DNA from: Candidatus Latescibacterota bacterium
GTDB lineage: Bacteria; Latescibacterota; UBA2968; UBA8231
DNA: 64,000 nt
Assembly (NCBI GenBank): GCA_965221775.1
Contig: CBDCSU010000006.1
Span: 448,001 to 512,000 of the forward strand
Direction: 5' to 3'
Shown here: piece after piece, positions 10,071-18,561 of the stretch
How positions within the stretch are numbered: the stretch's first letter is position 1
Layout of the letters: the number at the start of each line of letters is the position of its first letter
Translations under genes and position numbers: made by a program
Notes under the pieces: generated by a model
Told to the model about the DNA's origin: nothing
What the model saw: the letters and a program-made list of their open reading frames with translations, nothing else
Database searches by the model: none

Positions 10071-11450
10071 ATGTCGATATCAAGACGGCTGGAATCCTGC
10101 TCCCTCGAACGCATCACCCGCATGAAGGACGTGGTGGAGCAGGAGATCGGCCGCATCGACGGCCAGGTGGCCGAAGTGGAGGCCGAGCTCGACGAGATGA
10201 CGGCCAAGGCGGAGACGGTCACCTTGAGCATGAGGCACGGCCAGTACGAGCTGGGCCTCGACAAGGCCGAGTCCCAGGTCACCAAGCTGAACGCCGCCCG
10301 GGAGAAGCTGGCGGACAAGCTCCGGCTCATCGAGCAGGCGAGGCAGAAGCGGCACCTCTTCGACGAGCAGGCCCGGGTCCTGGGCAGCGCCGCCAGAGTG
10401 AGGATCAAGGACCTCGTGATCTTCGTCCTCATCCTCGGCCTGGTGACCATCCTCGTCGTCGACCTGATGGGCATCGGGGCCGCGGGGGGCGGCGCAGCGG
10501 CCAGGGCCGAAGTGGTGGAGGGGAGCATAGGTGAGATAGGAATTCTCGAAGGCGGCGAAGGGTACGAGCGGGTGATCATCCAGATTTCCGACCCCCACGG
10601 TTCGGGCGGTCTCGCCACCGGACACGTCACGGGAGGCCAGCTGACGCAGGTGGAGATCATCCACCGCGGCGAGGGCTACGTCGATCCCGTGGTGGATATC
10701 CTCCCCCACTTCTCCGTGGCCAAGCTGTGGATCTTCTGGATCATCGACGTCATCTGCTGCGCCCTGTTCATGGCCAACTTCATCTTCGAGCACAAGCTGG
10801 CCGCCTCGAAGAAGTGGTACTGGATGAACAACTGGATCGACTTCATCACCTCCATCCCCCTGCCCCCCTTCCAGATCATCGCAGCCGCCGGCGGCGACCT
10901 CGGCGTCATCCGCCTCGGGCGCCTGCTCCGGGCGGTGCGCATCCTGCGGGCCCTGAGACTGTTCCGCATCGCCCTGTTCTTCTGGCGGGGCATGGACCAC
11001 CTGAGCACAACCCTCGACGTGAGGCTCCTCAAGCGGTCGCTGCTCTACGGCCTGCTCTCCCTCGTCTTCGGCGCCATCATCTTCATGGGCGTGGAGCGCA
11101 TGGACTCCGGCTCGGGCTTCGGGCCGAGTCTCTGGTGGAGCTTCACGACCCTGGTCACCGGCGGCTACCCCGACATCCACAACCCCGAGACCGCCCCCGG
11201 CAAGATCCTCACCGTCTTCCTGGTGATCACCGGCATGGTCCTGGTCGGTGTCTTCACCGCCACCCTGACGAGCATCCTCGTGAGCGACGAGGACTCGCTC
11301 AAGGCCGAGGAGCTGGAAGAGCAGGTGGGGATCGTCACCAAGATCCAGCAGGAGATCAGCGACACCAACGAGCGTCTCTCCAGGCTGGAGAGCGCCGTTC
11401 AGGAGATCGGCGACGCGGTCAGGGAGCGGGGGGGCGACTCCGGCACGTAG
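10071..11450 (+). CDS. Voltage-gated ion channel family protein (6TM) with atypical pore filter
   Basis: S3 WIDFITSIP, S4 IRLGRLLRAVRILRALRLFR, pore helix SLWWSFTTLVTGGYPD, S6; N- and C-terminal coiled-coil-like segments. Confidence 0.8.
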   Translation: MSISRRLESCSLERITRMKDVVEQEIGRIDGQVAEVEAELDEMTAKAETVTLSMRHGQYELGLDKAESQVTKLNAAREKLADKLRLIEQARQKRHLFDEQARVLGSAARVRIKDLVIFVLILGLVTILVVDLMGIGAAGGGAAARAEVVEGSIGEIGILEGGEGYERVIIQISDPHGSGGLATGHVTGGQLTQVEIIHRGEGYVDPVVDILPHFSVAKLWIFWIIDVICCALFMANFIFEHKLAASKKWYWMNNWIDFITSIPLPPFQIIAAAGGDLGVIRLGRLLRAVRILRALRLFRIALFFWRGMDHLSTTLDVRLLKRSLLYGLLSLVFGAIIFMGVERMDSGSGFGPSLWWSFTTLVTGGYPDIHNPETAPGKILTVFLVITGMVLVGVFTATLTSILVSDEDSLKAEELEEQVGIVTKIQQEISDTNERLSRLESAVQEIGDAVRERGGDSGT

Positions 11451-11480
11451 GGCCGGCGCCCTGCCGGCCGCGCGGCCGGT

Positions 11481-12266
11481 TCACCCCCAGCGGTACTCCG
11501 GCGGGGCGAAGACGAATCCGTGGAAGAACCGCCGCTGCGCCGGCGACAGCCCCCGCAGGAACCCGCGGCCGTAGCGCCACTGCTCGGCGCAGGCCAGCAT
11601 CCACGGATGCTCGTAACCGTAGTAGAGCATCACCCGCTTGCCTCCGGGGCGGGTGAAGGGGCCGGCCGAATGCCACATCGCATTGTGGAAGAGGACGGCC
11701 GTCCCCGGTCCGCCGCAGATCTGCACCGCCCCCGGCAGCAGGCCCTCCCCGTCCGGCTCCAGCAGCGCCTTGTGGCTTCCGGGGACGAGGGTGAGGTTGC
11801 CCTGGTCCGGGGCGCTCATGTCGCTCAGGTAGTAGCCGACTTTCAGCTGCAGCAGCGGGATGTGCGGCTTGAGGTTGCGGAAGCCGTCCTGGATCCCGTC
11901 GATGTGCCAGCCCCGGCCGTGGTGATCGGCGGGCTCGACCTCGTGGAAGGCGTCCGTCGAGTGCAGGTGCGGCCTCTCGTTGAGGAGTCCGTGGACATAG
12001 GGCATGACCGGCCCGTAGTCGAGCATCTCCAGGAAGAGGGGGTCCTCGTCGAGCAGGTGCATGACCCGCGCGTTGGGCCCGTCGAGGCGGTCGGGGAAGG
12101 CGGGTTCGTGCTCCCGCCGGAACCCGGGCGAGCGGCGGCGCTCGATGGTCCGCTCCAGGGCCGCGGCGAGCGCCTCGACCCGCTCCGGGGCGAGGAACTC
12201 CTCCAGCACGAGGTAGCCGTTGTTGTCGAAGAAGAAGCGCTCGGCGCCGGTGGGATGATCTGACAT
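11481..12266 (-). CDS. PhyH family dioxygenase
   Basis: FFFDNNGYLV, WHID, VPGSHK, MWHSA; start at MSDHPTG. Confidence 0.85.
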   Translation of the reverse strand: MSDHPTGAERFFFDNNGYLVLEEFLAPERVEALAAALERTIERRRSPGFRREHEPAFPDRLDGPNARVMHLLDEDPLFLEMLDYGPVMPYVHGLLNERPHLHSTDAFHEVEPADHHGRGWHIDGIQDGFRNLKPHIPLLQLKVGYYLSDMSAPDQGNLTLVPGSHKALLEPDGEGLLPGAVQICGGPGTAVLFHNAMWHSAGPFTRPGGKRVMLYYGYEHPWMLACAEQWRYGRGFLRGLSPAQRRFFHGFVFAPPEYRWG

Positions 12267-12352
12267 GGGGGCAGCGGTTCCTTGCGTTGGACGCCCGCGG
12301 AACGGGAGCGCCGTACATGGTGCCGTTCGACCCCGCTTGAAGCGCCTGGCAA

Positions 12353-12763
12353 CTATTCCGGCGAGGTGCGGCCCCGGACTTCCCGCAGGAACGCATCGAA
12401 GGCCCCGAGATCGTTCAGCACCGCCGGATGGGCACCGTCCAGGGTCGCCAGCAGGAAGTCGATGCGCGCCCAGTCGTATTCCATCTCGACGTTCATCTTT
12501 TCCAGCAGGGACGCATGCCACCGGCCCGGCGGCAGGTCGTTCTCGAAGTACCCCGATACCCGGACGAAGAAGGTCTCCAGGGCGGTGTAGTAGGTTTCGA
12601 GGTAGCCGGCAACGACCAAGGCGCTGTCATCGGTGCGGCCGATGCGCGGCAGCGTCGTGTCCCGGGCATGGCGGAGCTTCGAGTAGATGGCCTCCACTCG
12701 TTCCCGTGCCTGTGCGAGCTCGGCGATCAGCTCGTCGATGCCGTGTTCAGGCCGGGTCTCCAT
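12353..12763 (-). CDS. HEPN/HepT-like toxin homologue, apparently internally deleted
   Basis: YYTALETFFVRVSGYFEN..P.GRWHASLLEKM is typical of HepT-like proteins; overlaps the MNT gene; no Rx4-6H motif present. Confidence 0.65.
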   Translation of the reverse strand: METRPEHGIDELIAELAQARERVEAIYSKLRHARDTTLPRIGRTDDSALVVAGYLETYYTALETFFVRVSGYFENDLPPGRWHASLLEKMNVEMEYDWARIDFLLATLDGAHPAVLNDLGAFDAFLREVRGRTSPE

Positions 12764-13130
12764 CTTCCCATGCCACTGCGCCGAACCGCCGGATGAGGTC
12801 GGCCCTTCCCGGATCGAGGCGCTCCATGACGACCAGGTCGACGTGAAAGTCGGTCATCGAATCCGCCTGCGAGCGAATGGCGGCGAGGGTCTCTTCGTCG
12901 CAGCTCATCCCCTCGAGGGCGATGTCGATGTCCGAGATCTCGGAGAAGCGTTCGGTATGGACGAGGGATCCCCACTGGTAAATTCGCAGGGGCCGGTACT
13001 CCGCGGCAATCGCGGAGATGATCCGGGCGGCATCTCGCTGCGCCGACTGCAACCGCCGGTGAAGAGCCTCACGCCGCCGCTCGTGCCGGCTGACAACCCA
13101 GCGGGCGGCGGCGGCCGTATCGACAGCCAT
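12747..13130 (-). CDS. Minimal nucleotidyltransferase (MNT/MntA-like antitoxin)
   Basis: YQWGSLV...SDIDIA and VDLV motifs; GAGGGAG RBS. Confidence 0.85.
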   Translation of the reverse strand: MAVDTAAAARWVVSRHERRREALHRRLQSAQRDAARIISAIAAEYRPLRIYQWGSLVHTERFSEISDIDIALEGMSCDEETLAAIRSQADSMTDFHVDLVVMERLDPGRADLIRRFGAVAWEDGDPA

Positions 13131-13154
13131 ACTCCCTCTCCGGTGAACGCGATT

Positions 13155-13182
13155 AGCATACCTTCTGCGAATCCCCTGTCAA
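13155..13182 (-). promoter_or_regulatory. Sigma70-type promoter for the MNT-HEPN operon
   Basis: Minus strand TTGACA-16 nt-TATGCT, ending 25 nt upstream of the ATG. Confidence 0.6.
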
Positions 13183-13300
13183 TCCTGACCCTCCACCCGC
13201 GACTCGGACAGACGGCCGCGGGCCCTCAAGATGCCGGTTGGCCCTGGCGGACCCCTCCTCTATTTTGCCGATCCTCGCACACACCCCGGAGAGACCTCCC

Positions 13301-14113
13301 ATGCTGACGCCAAAACAACTGCAGCACTTCGACGTCTTCGGCTTCCTCTGCCTGCGGCAGGTCTTCTCCGCGCAGGAGATGGCCGAGATCACCGAAGCCG
13401 CCGACGAGTTGTGGCGCGAGGACCGGGGCGGGGAGCCCGACGACGGCCGGCCCCAGAGCATGGGGAAGTTCGTCGAGCGCAGCCCCCGGCTGCTGGACCT
13501 GGCGGAGGACGACCGCATCTTCGGCGTCGCCTCCGACCTCCTGGGCCCCGGTTTCCTGTGGTCGGGATCGGAGGGCAACAAGGACGGAGCCAACGACGGG
13601 GAGCACAACTGGCACGCCGACAGGCCGGGGGCCGCCGAGACCGAGTACCGGCGCCTCAAGATGATGGTCTACCTGGCGCCCACCACCCGCGACCAGGGCG
13701 CGCTGCGGGTGATCCCCGGCTCCCACCGCATGCCCTTCCACGAGTGGCTCTGGCCCCTGCAGGCCCACCACTTCAAGGACGGCACCGTCGGCGACAGCTT
13801 CGGGCTGGACGGGGGCGAGGAGGTCCCCTGCTGCCCCCTGGAGACGATGCCCGGCGACGTGGTCTACTTCCACCACAGCCTCTTCCACTCCGCCTACGGC
13901 AAGTTCCCCGAGCGCCGCTACGTCGCCTTCAAGTTCGTCACCCCGCCCGACACCGAGGCCAAGCTGCGCTCGATGAAGCACTACGCGGGCCACGCCTTCG
14001 ACGTCGATCCCGCCCTCCTGGCCCGGCCCCGCCTGCGGACGATCACGGAGGCGCTTCCCGAGCTGGGGAAGAAGGCGGCGGCCCTGGCGGACGGAGACGG
14101 CTCCCAAGGTTGA
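13301..14113 (+). CDS. PhyH family dioxygenase
   Basis: MLTPKQLQHFDVFGFL, WHAD, IPGSHR, LFHSA. Confidence 0.9.
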   Translation: MLTPKQLQHFDVFGFLCLRQVFSAQEMAEITEAADELWREDRGGEPDDGRPQSMGKFVERSPRLLDLAEDDRIFGVASDLLGPGFLWSGSEGNKDGANDGEHNWHADRPGAAETEYRRLKMMVYLAPTTRDQGALRVIPGSHRMPFHEWLWPLQAHHFKDGTVGDSFGLDGGEEVPCCPLETMPGDVVYFHHSLFHSAYGKFPERRYVAFKFVTPPDTEAKLRSMKHYAGHAFDVDPALLARPRLRTITEALPELGKKAAALADGDGSQG

Positions 14114-14339
14114 TGGTGGGCCGCGAGCCCCGCGGATCGTAGCGCTTCACCGTGACGGCGGGCCTGGCATGCGAGGTTGGCGACGGGGCCGCTCGCCCTG
14201 ACGGATCGATGGCGCTTCACGGACGGGCCGGCTTCCGGCGGGGCATCCGAGGTGAGCCAGGGCCTCGACACTCGGGCGGTGGGCGCCGTGGTAGCGCAGC
14301 TCTCCGGCGCGCCAGTGGACTGGCGTAGGACCGCGCGCC

Positions 14340-15680
14340 TTGGCGGCGATACAGTTGACTGAACCTGTCCCGAAGGCCTCGGCCTGGCATGTCCCCCGCA
14401 TCATCGGGGTCGATCCCACCGGTCCGACCGTTTCGGCGAGAACCGGGAAATGTGTGGATCTGCGCCTGGAGCTGGAGCCCTGTCAGCGCCTGCCCGGCAG
14501 GCAGGAGTGGCGCCGCCTTCCCGGGCCGATCCTCTCGGCCGCCGACACGCACCAGGACTGGTGCCGGGTGATCCTCTACATGCCCTGCGTGCTCCGCGCC
14601 GACGGCCTCTTCAAGATGTGGTACGTGGGCAGCTCCGATCACGCGCGCTCGCCTTCGTACATCCACCTGGGATACGCCGAGTCACCGGACGGACTGCTCT
14701 GGGAGGAGACGCCGCGCAACCCCATCGTCACCGACGATGCCATCCCCTGGGGGCACAGGTTCCAGACGCCTCACGTCCTCTACGACCTGCAGGACCGGAT
14801 CTACAAGATGTGGTTCACCGCCGTGGACGAGGTCGATACGGAAGGCGCCCCGTACCTCAACCAGCGGGTGGGGTACGGCGAGAGTCCGGACGGGATCTCG
14901 TGGACCTTCCACCCCGGGCCGGTGCTGAGGACGGGCAGACGGCCGTGCGTGCTGAAGCTGGACGACGGCACGTACCGGATGTGGGTGAACGCACCCTCAC
15001 GGGACGATCCCGACCTGAAGGCGACCCTGAACATCGCCTCCTTCCGCTCCGCCGACGGCCTGCGCTGGGAGCCGGAGGGAGACGCCGTCCGCTACGGCGG
15101 CATCTACCGCTCCTGCGTCTATCCCTTCGTCATGCGCGACCGGGGCGGGCTGGCCATGTGGTTCGGCGGCCACCGGGCCGGCGGGTTCTTCGACATCTCC
15201 TTCGGGCGCACCCACGACGGCCGTACCTGGTACTACCAGAACGACATGCCCATCTTCCCGCCGAGCGACGACCGGGACGCCTTCGACGGCCGATACACCT
15301 CCACCCCCCACGTGCTGAAGCTGCCGGGCCGCTACCTGATGTACTACTCCGCCCGCGACCTCGACGACGGGTGGACCGCCCCCGACGGCTCCCGTCAGCG
15401 CGACCCGGACGGGGTCTATCGCCACATCGGGTGCGCGGATCTGCCGGTGGCCGAGGCCGAGGACCCCGGCCTGCGGTACTCCTGGTCCGCCGACGGGAAG
15501 GCGATCCCCGGGGAGGGCGCGTCCCTGCGCTTTGCGGCGGAGACTCCGGGCCGCCACCGGGTGACCTGCCGCGCCGGGAACGCCAACGGCTCCGCGGAGT
15601 ACACCTGGCACGTGGAGGTGACAAAGCCGTGGCCGCCGGGGTCGAAGTCCGGGGTTCGGGCTGAAGGGGACGGCGCCTAG
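14340..15680 (+). CDS. Five-bladed beta-propeller glycoside hydrolase-like protein (GH130/GH32-like) with Ig-like segments
   Basis: Repeated P-x-V...Y/F-K-M-W-Y/F...GYAESPDGxxW blades; Ig-like C-terminus; start uncertain. Confidence 0.65.
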   Translation: MAAIQLTEPVPKASAWHVPRIIGVDPTGPTVSARTGKCVDLRLELEPCQRLPGRQEWRRLPGPILSAADTHQDWCRVILYMPCVLRADGLFKMWYVGSSDHARSPSYIHLGYAESPDGLLWEETPRNPIVTDDAIPWGHRFQTPHVLYDLQDRIYKMWFTAVDEVDTEGAPYLNQRVGYGESPDGISWTFHPGPVLRTGRRPCVLKLDDGTYRMWVNAPSRDDPDLKATLNIASFRSADGLRWEPEGDAVRYGGIYRSCVYPFVMRDRGGLAMWFGGHRAGGFFDISFGRTHDGRTWYYQNDMPIFPPSDDRDAFDGRYTSTPHVLKLPGRYLMYYSARDLDDGWTAPDGSRQRDPDGVYRHIGCADLPVAEAEDPGLRYSWSADGKAIPGEGASLRFAAETPGRHRVTCRAGNANGSAEYTWHVEVTKPWPPGSKSGVRAEGDGA

Positions 15681-15738
15681 CGCGGCCTGGCGCCGGCCGG
15701 GGCGGCGGAAGGCGAGGGTCCCGTGGCCGAGAGAAGTC

Positions 15739-15771
15739 TTGACAATATATGAGAATCGATTATCGTTTCTC
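15739..15771 (+). promoter_or_regulatory. Sigma70 promoter overlapped by a 10-1-10 palindromic operator (Fur-family box candidate)
   Basis: TTGACA 15739-15744, TATCGT 15761-15766; palindrome GAGAATCGAT-T-ATCGTTTCTC 15751-15771. Confidence 0.7.
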
Positions 15772-15773
15772 CC

Positions 15774-16142
15774 ATGCAAAGAGCCAAGCAGCAGCTGATC
15801 GTATTCCGAGCCCTTGTCGAGGCGGACGGTCCCCTGTCGGCCAGGGAACTGTGGAGCCGCCTGAGCGGAACGGGTGTCGGCCTCGCCACGGTATACCGCG
15901 CTCTCCAACGGGGTGTCGAGGAAGGCACGCTGGAGCCGGTGGAGGGATTGGGCGGCGGCGTTCGCTACGAGCCCAAGGACCGCGAGCATCACCATCACTT
16001 TCTGTGCTCGACCTGCGACCACGCCTTCGACCTCTTCGGTTGCGTCGAGGGCCTCGAGTCCCTGGTTCCGGACGGGTTTCGGATGACCGGACATGAGGTG
16101 GTGTTGCTCGGAACCTGCGATGCGTGTGCCCATGAGGCCTGA
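15774..16142 (+). CDS. Fur-family metalloregulator (Zur/Nur-like)
   Basis: GLATVYRAL helix, HHHHFLCSTC, GTCDAC. Confidence 0.9.
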   Translation: MQRAKQQLIVFRALVEADGPLSARELWSRLSGTGVGLATVYRALQRGVEEGTLEPVEGLGGGVRYEPKDREHHHHFLCSTCDHAFDLFGCVEGLESLVPDGFRMTGHEVVLLGTCDACAHEA

Positions 16143-16178
16143 CGGGCGTCGCGTCGGCCCCTGCCGGGGAGGGCGCTG

Positions 16179-17102
16179 ATGCATCTGGCAGAAGGGGTGC
16201 TTCCCCTCAGCCAGGCCATCGGGTGGAGCGCCCTGGCCGCACCCACTGTCGCTTGGAGCCTTCGCGGCGAGCAACGAGCTCGACGCGACACGCCGTCGTC
16301 CTCGTTCGTCATGGCGGGCGTCACGAGCCTGCTCTTTGCCGGCACTCTGCTGCCGCTGCCGGTCCCCATCGTGGGCGCCACCAGTCACATCTGCCTTACG
16401 CCGGTCCTCGCCCTGGTCGTCGGCGTCCGCCGCATCGTGTGGCCCACGTTCTTCGTGCTCCTGCTGCAGGCGGTCTTCTTCGCTCACGGCGGGCTCACGA
16501 CGCTGGGAGTCAACATCCTGACCCTCGGACTGCTGGGGCCCCTGGCGACCGTCGGGCTCTGGGCCTTGCTGCGGCGACTCGGTGCAGACGGGGCTCTCGG
16601 CCTGGCTCTCGCATGCGGCGTCGGCGGCCTGAGCGTATACGTTGCCGACGCCGTGGTGCTCGCCGTGGCGTTGTCCGATGTAACGGCGCATGCCACGACC
16701 TTCGGCGCGGTGCTCCTCGGGTTTGCCCCTGTCCAGGTCCCCCTGGCGGTTCTCGAAGCCGTCGCCTCCGTCGGCATCGTGCGGCTGTTGGCCGCGCGCC
16801 GGCCGGGCCTCCTGCCGGACTCGCTGAGGAGGCTTCGCACGGTGCCCGCGCCCGCTGCGTCCGTCATGCTCCTGTTGCTCGTGACCGGCCTGTCGGGATG
16901 TGGCTATGAAGGCATCGACGGAACCGTGTTCGGTGCGACCGCCGAGGGGGCGGGGCGGCCGCCCACCGAGAGCGTCGTCGACCTGAGCCAGGGCGAGACC
17001 GGGCTCGCCATGTCGATCCTCATACTCTTCGGGATGGGATTCATCGCGGGGCGCGCCTGGGAACGAGTGCTCGGAGGAGGGCGCGATGCACCTCCACGCT
17101 GA
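16179..17102 (+). CDS. cbiM: Co/Ni ECF transporter S component CbiM with fused CbiN-like C-terminus
   Basis: N-terminal MHLAEG, GATSH, LLLQAVFFAHGGLTTLGVN; C-terminal GIDGTV...AGRPP...TM resembles CbiN. Confidence 0.8.
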   Translation: MHLAEGVLPLSQAIGWSALAAPTVAWSLRGEQRARRDTPSSSFVMAGVTSLLFAGTLLPLPVPIVGATSHICLTPVLALVVGVRRIVWPTFFVLLLQAVFFAHGGLTTLGVNILTLGLLGPLATVGLWALLRRLGADGALGLALACGVGGLSVYVADAVVLAVALSDVTAHATTFGAVLLGFAPVQVPLAVLEAVASVGIVRLLAARRPGLLPDSLRRLRTVPAPAASVMLLLLVTGLSGCGYEGIDGTVFGATAEGAGRPPTESVVDLSQGETGLAMSILILFGMGFIAGRAWERVLGGGRDAPPR

Positions 17103-18561
17103 CCACGCTCTGTTCTTCGAGCGCCGCCAACCGCTGTGGGTCGCGGCCCTGGCTATCGCGCTGACCAGCAGCGTACTGATCGTCAACGCGGGCACCCGCA
17201 GTATCACCTTGTCCCTGGTCGGCTCGGGGCTCGGCGCGGGGCTGCTGCTGTTGGCGAGGGCCCGCGGACGCCGAAGGATCGAGCCGGCCCTGGCGTGGGC
17301 CCTGGCCCTCGTGGCCCTCGCGCTGCTTGGCGGGGTTGTCCTGGATTCCAACGCCGACGTCATCGTCCAGACGAGCCTCCGGGTCCTGTGCGGCGTCATC
17401 TGGGTCCTCTGGCTTGGCACCCAGGTTGACTGGGCGTCGCTTCGGCAACTCCTGCTCCGGCTGCGGATTCCCGAGGACGTCGTGGCCAGCCTCGACCACG
17501 CGCTCATGCACGGTGTTCTCACCCAGCGAGAGTGGGTCCAGCGGCGTGACGCGGCCCGCCTCCGCCTGGGGTCATCGCGTTTGCCCCTGGCCGCCTGGGG
17601 ACCGCTGCTCGGCGAAGGGGCCCTGCATGCCTTCGCCCGCCTCGAAGGTGCCGAGGAAAACGCACTGCTGCGCGGCGCCCCGTGCGAAGAGACTCCGGCT
17701 CATGACGGCGTCCACCTCGATGCCATCGACGTCGAACGCGGTGGGCAGCGGGTGCTGGAGCAGCTCGGACTGCGCTTGGGAAGAGCAGAGTGGCTGCTCG
17801 TGTGCGGGCCAAGTGGAGCCGGGAAGTCGAGCTTGTTGCGCCTCCTGGCGGGGCTCGACGGACCCGCCCAAGGGACCATGACTCGCCTCGGAAACCAGGT
17901 GGCGCCCGATGGGACGCTCGGCGCCCGGCTCGACGGACGCGTGGCGCTTCTCGGCCAGAACCCCGAACACCACTTCATCGCGAGCACCGCGGCCGAGGAC
18001 ATTGCCTGGGGCCTGCTTCGTCGCGGCGTCGAAGCAGGCGAGGCGCGGCGTCGATCCCGCGAGGTGGCGATGGCCTTGCGCATAGACCATCTGCTGGAGC
18101 GTCCGTGTCATCAGCTCAGTTTTGGCGAGCAGCGCCGGGTCGCCCTCGCCGGTCTCCTGGTGCTCGAGCCCGCGTTGCTGCTCCTCGACGAGCCCACGGC
18201 CGGGCTCGATCCCGTCGCCGCCCATGAGCTGCGCACGCTCGTGGAGGAGTCGGTTCGTCGAACCGGGGCTGCGTGCGTCTGGGCAACCCACGACCTTCAC
18301 TCAATGCCGTCCCAGGCAACGCGCGTCGTCTTGCTGCGAGACCGGCGGCTGCTCTTCGATGGGTCCAGGGCAGAAGGGCTGTCGGAACCGTGGCTCATCC
18401 GGGCTGGCCTCGCCGTCCGGAAAGAGAATGGAACGTATGTCGATCGGCACATCACTCACCCGGGAGAACCAGATGGACTCGCCTCAAACGGTACCCGTAA
18501 CGATCCTCACCGGCTTCCTCGGCTCCGGCAAGACGACCCTGCTCAACCGGATCCTGAGTGA
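17086..18561 (+). CDS. Fused ECF T component + ABC ATPase (CbiQ-CbiO-like)
   Basis: Hydrophobic N-terminus with DAARLR (T-component A-R-G-like motif), then GPSGAGKS, QNPE, LSFGEQRR, LLLDEPT, ATHD. Confidence 0.8.
   Translation: MHLHADHALFFERRQPLWVAALAIALTSSVLIVNAGTRSITLSLVGSGLGAGLLLLARARGRRRIEPALAWALALVALALLGGVVLDSNADVIVQTSLRVLCGVIWVLWLGTQVDWASLRQLLLRLRIPEDVVASLDHALMHGVLTQREWVQRRDAARLRLGSSRLPLAAWGPLLGEGALHAFARLEGAEENALLRGAPCEETPAHDGVHLDAIDVERGGQRVLEQLGLRLGRAEWLLVCGPSGAGKSSLLRLLAGLDGPAQGTMTRLGNQVAPDGTLGARLDGRVALLGQNPEHHFIASTAAEDIAWGLLRRGVEAGEARRRSREVAMALRIDHLLERPCHQLSFGEQRRVALAGLLVLEPALLLLDEPTAGLDPVAAHELRTLVEESVRRTGAACVWATHDLHSMPSQATRVVLLRDRRLLFDGSRAEGLSEPWLIRAGLAVRKENGTYVDRHITHPGEPDGLASNGTRNDPHRLPRLRQDDPAQPDPE

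Noticed and set aside
14177-14362. 61-aa ORF as a frameshifted N-terminus of the propeller gene
   Set aside because: No recognisable motif or RBS, and adjacent frames contain stops; cannot be supported
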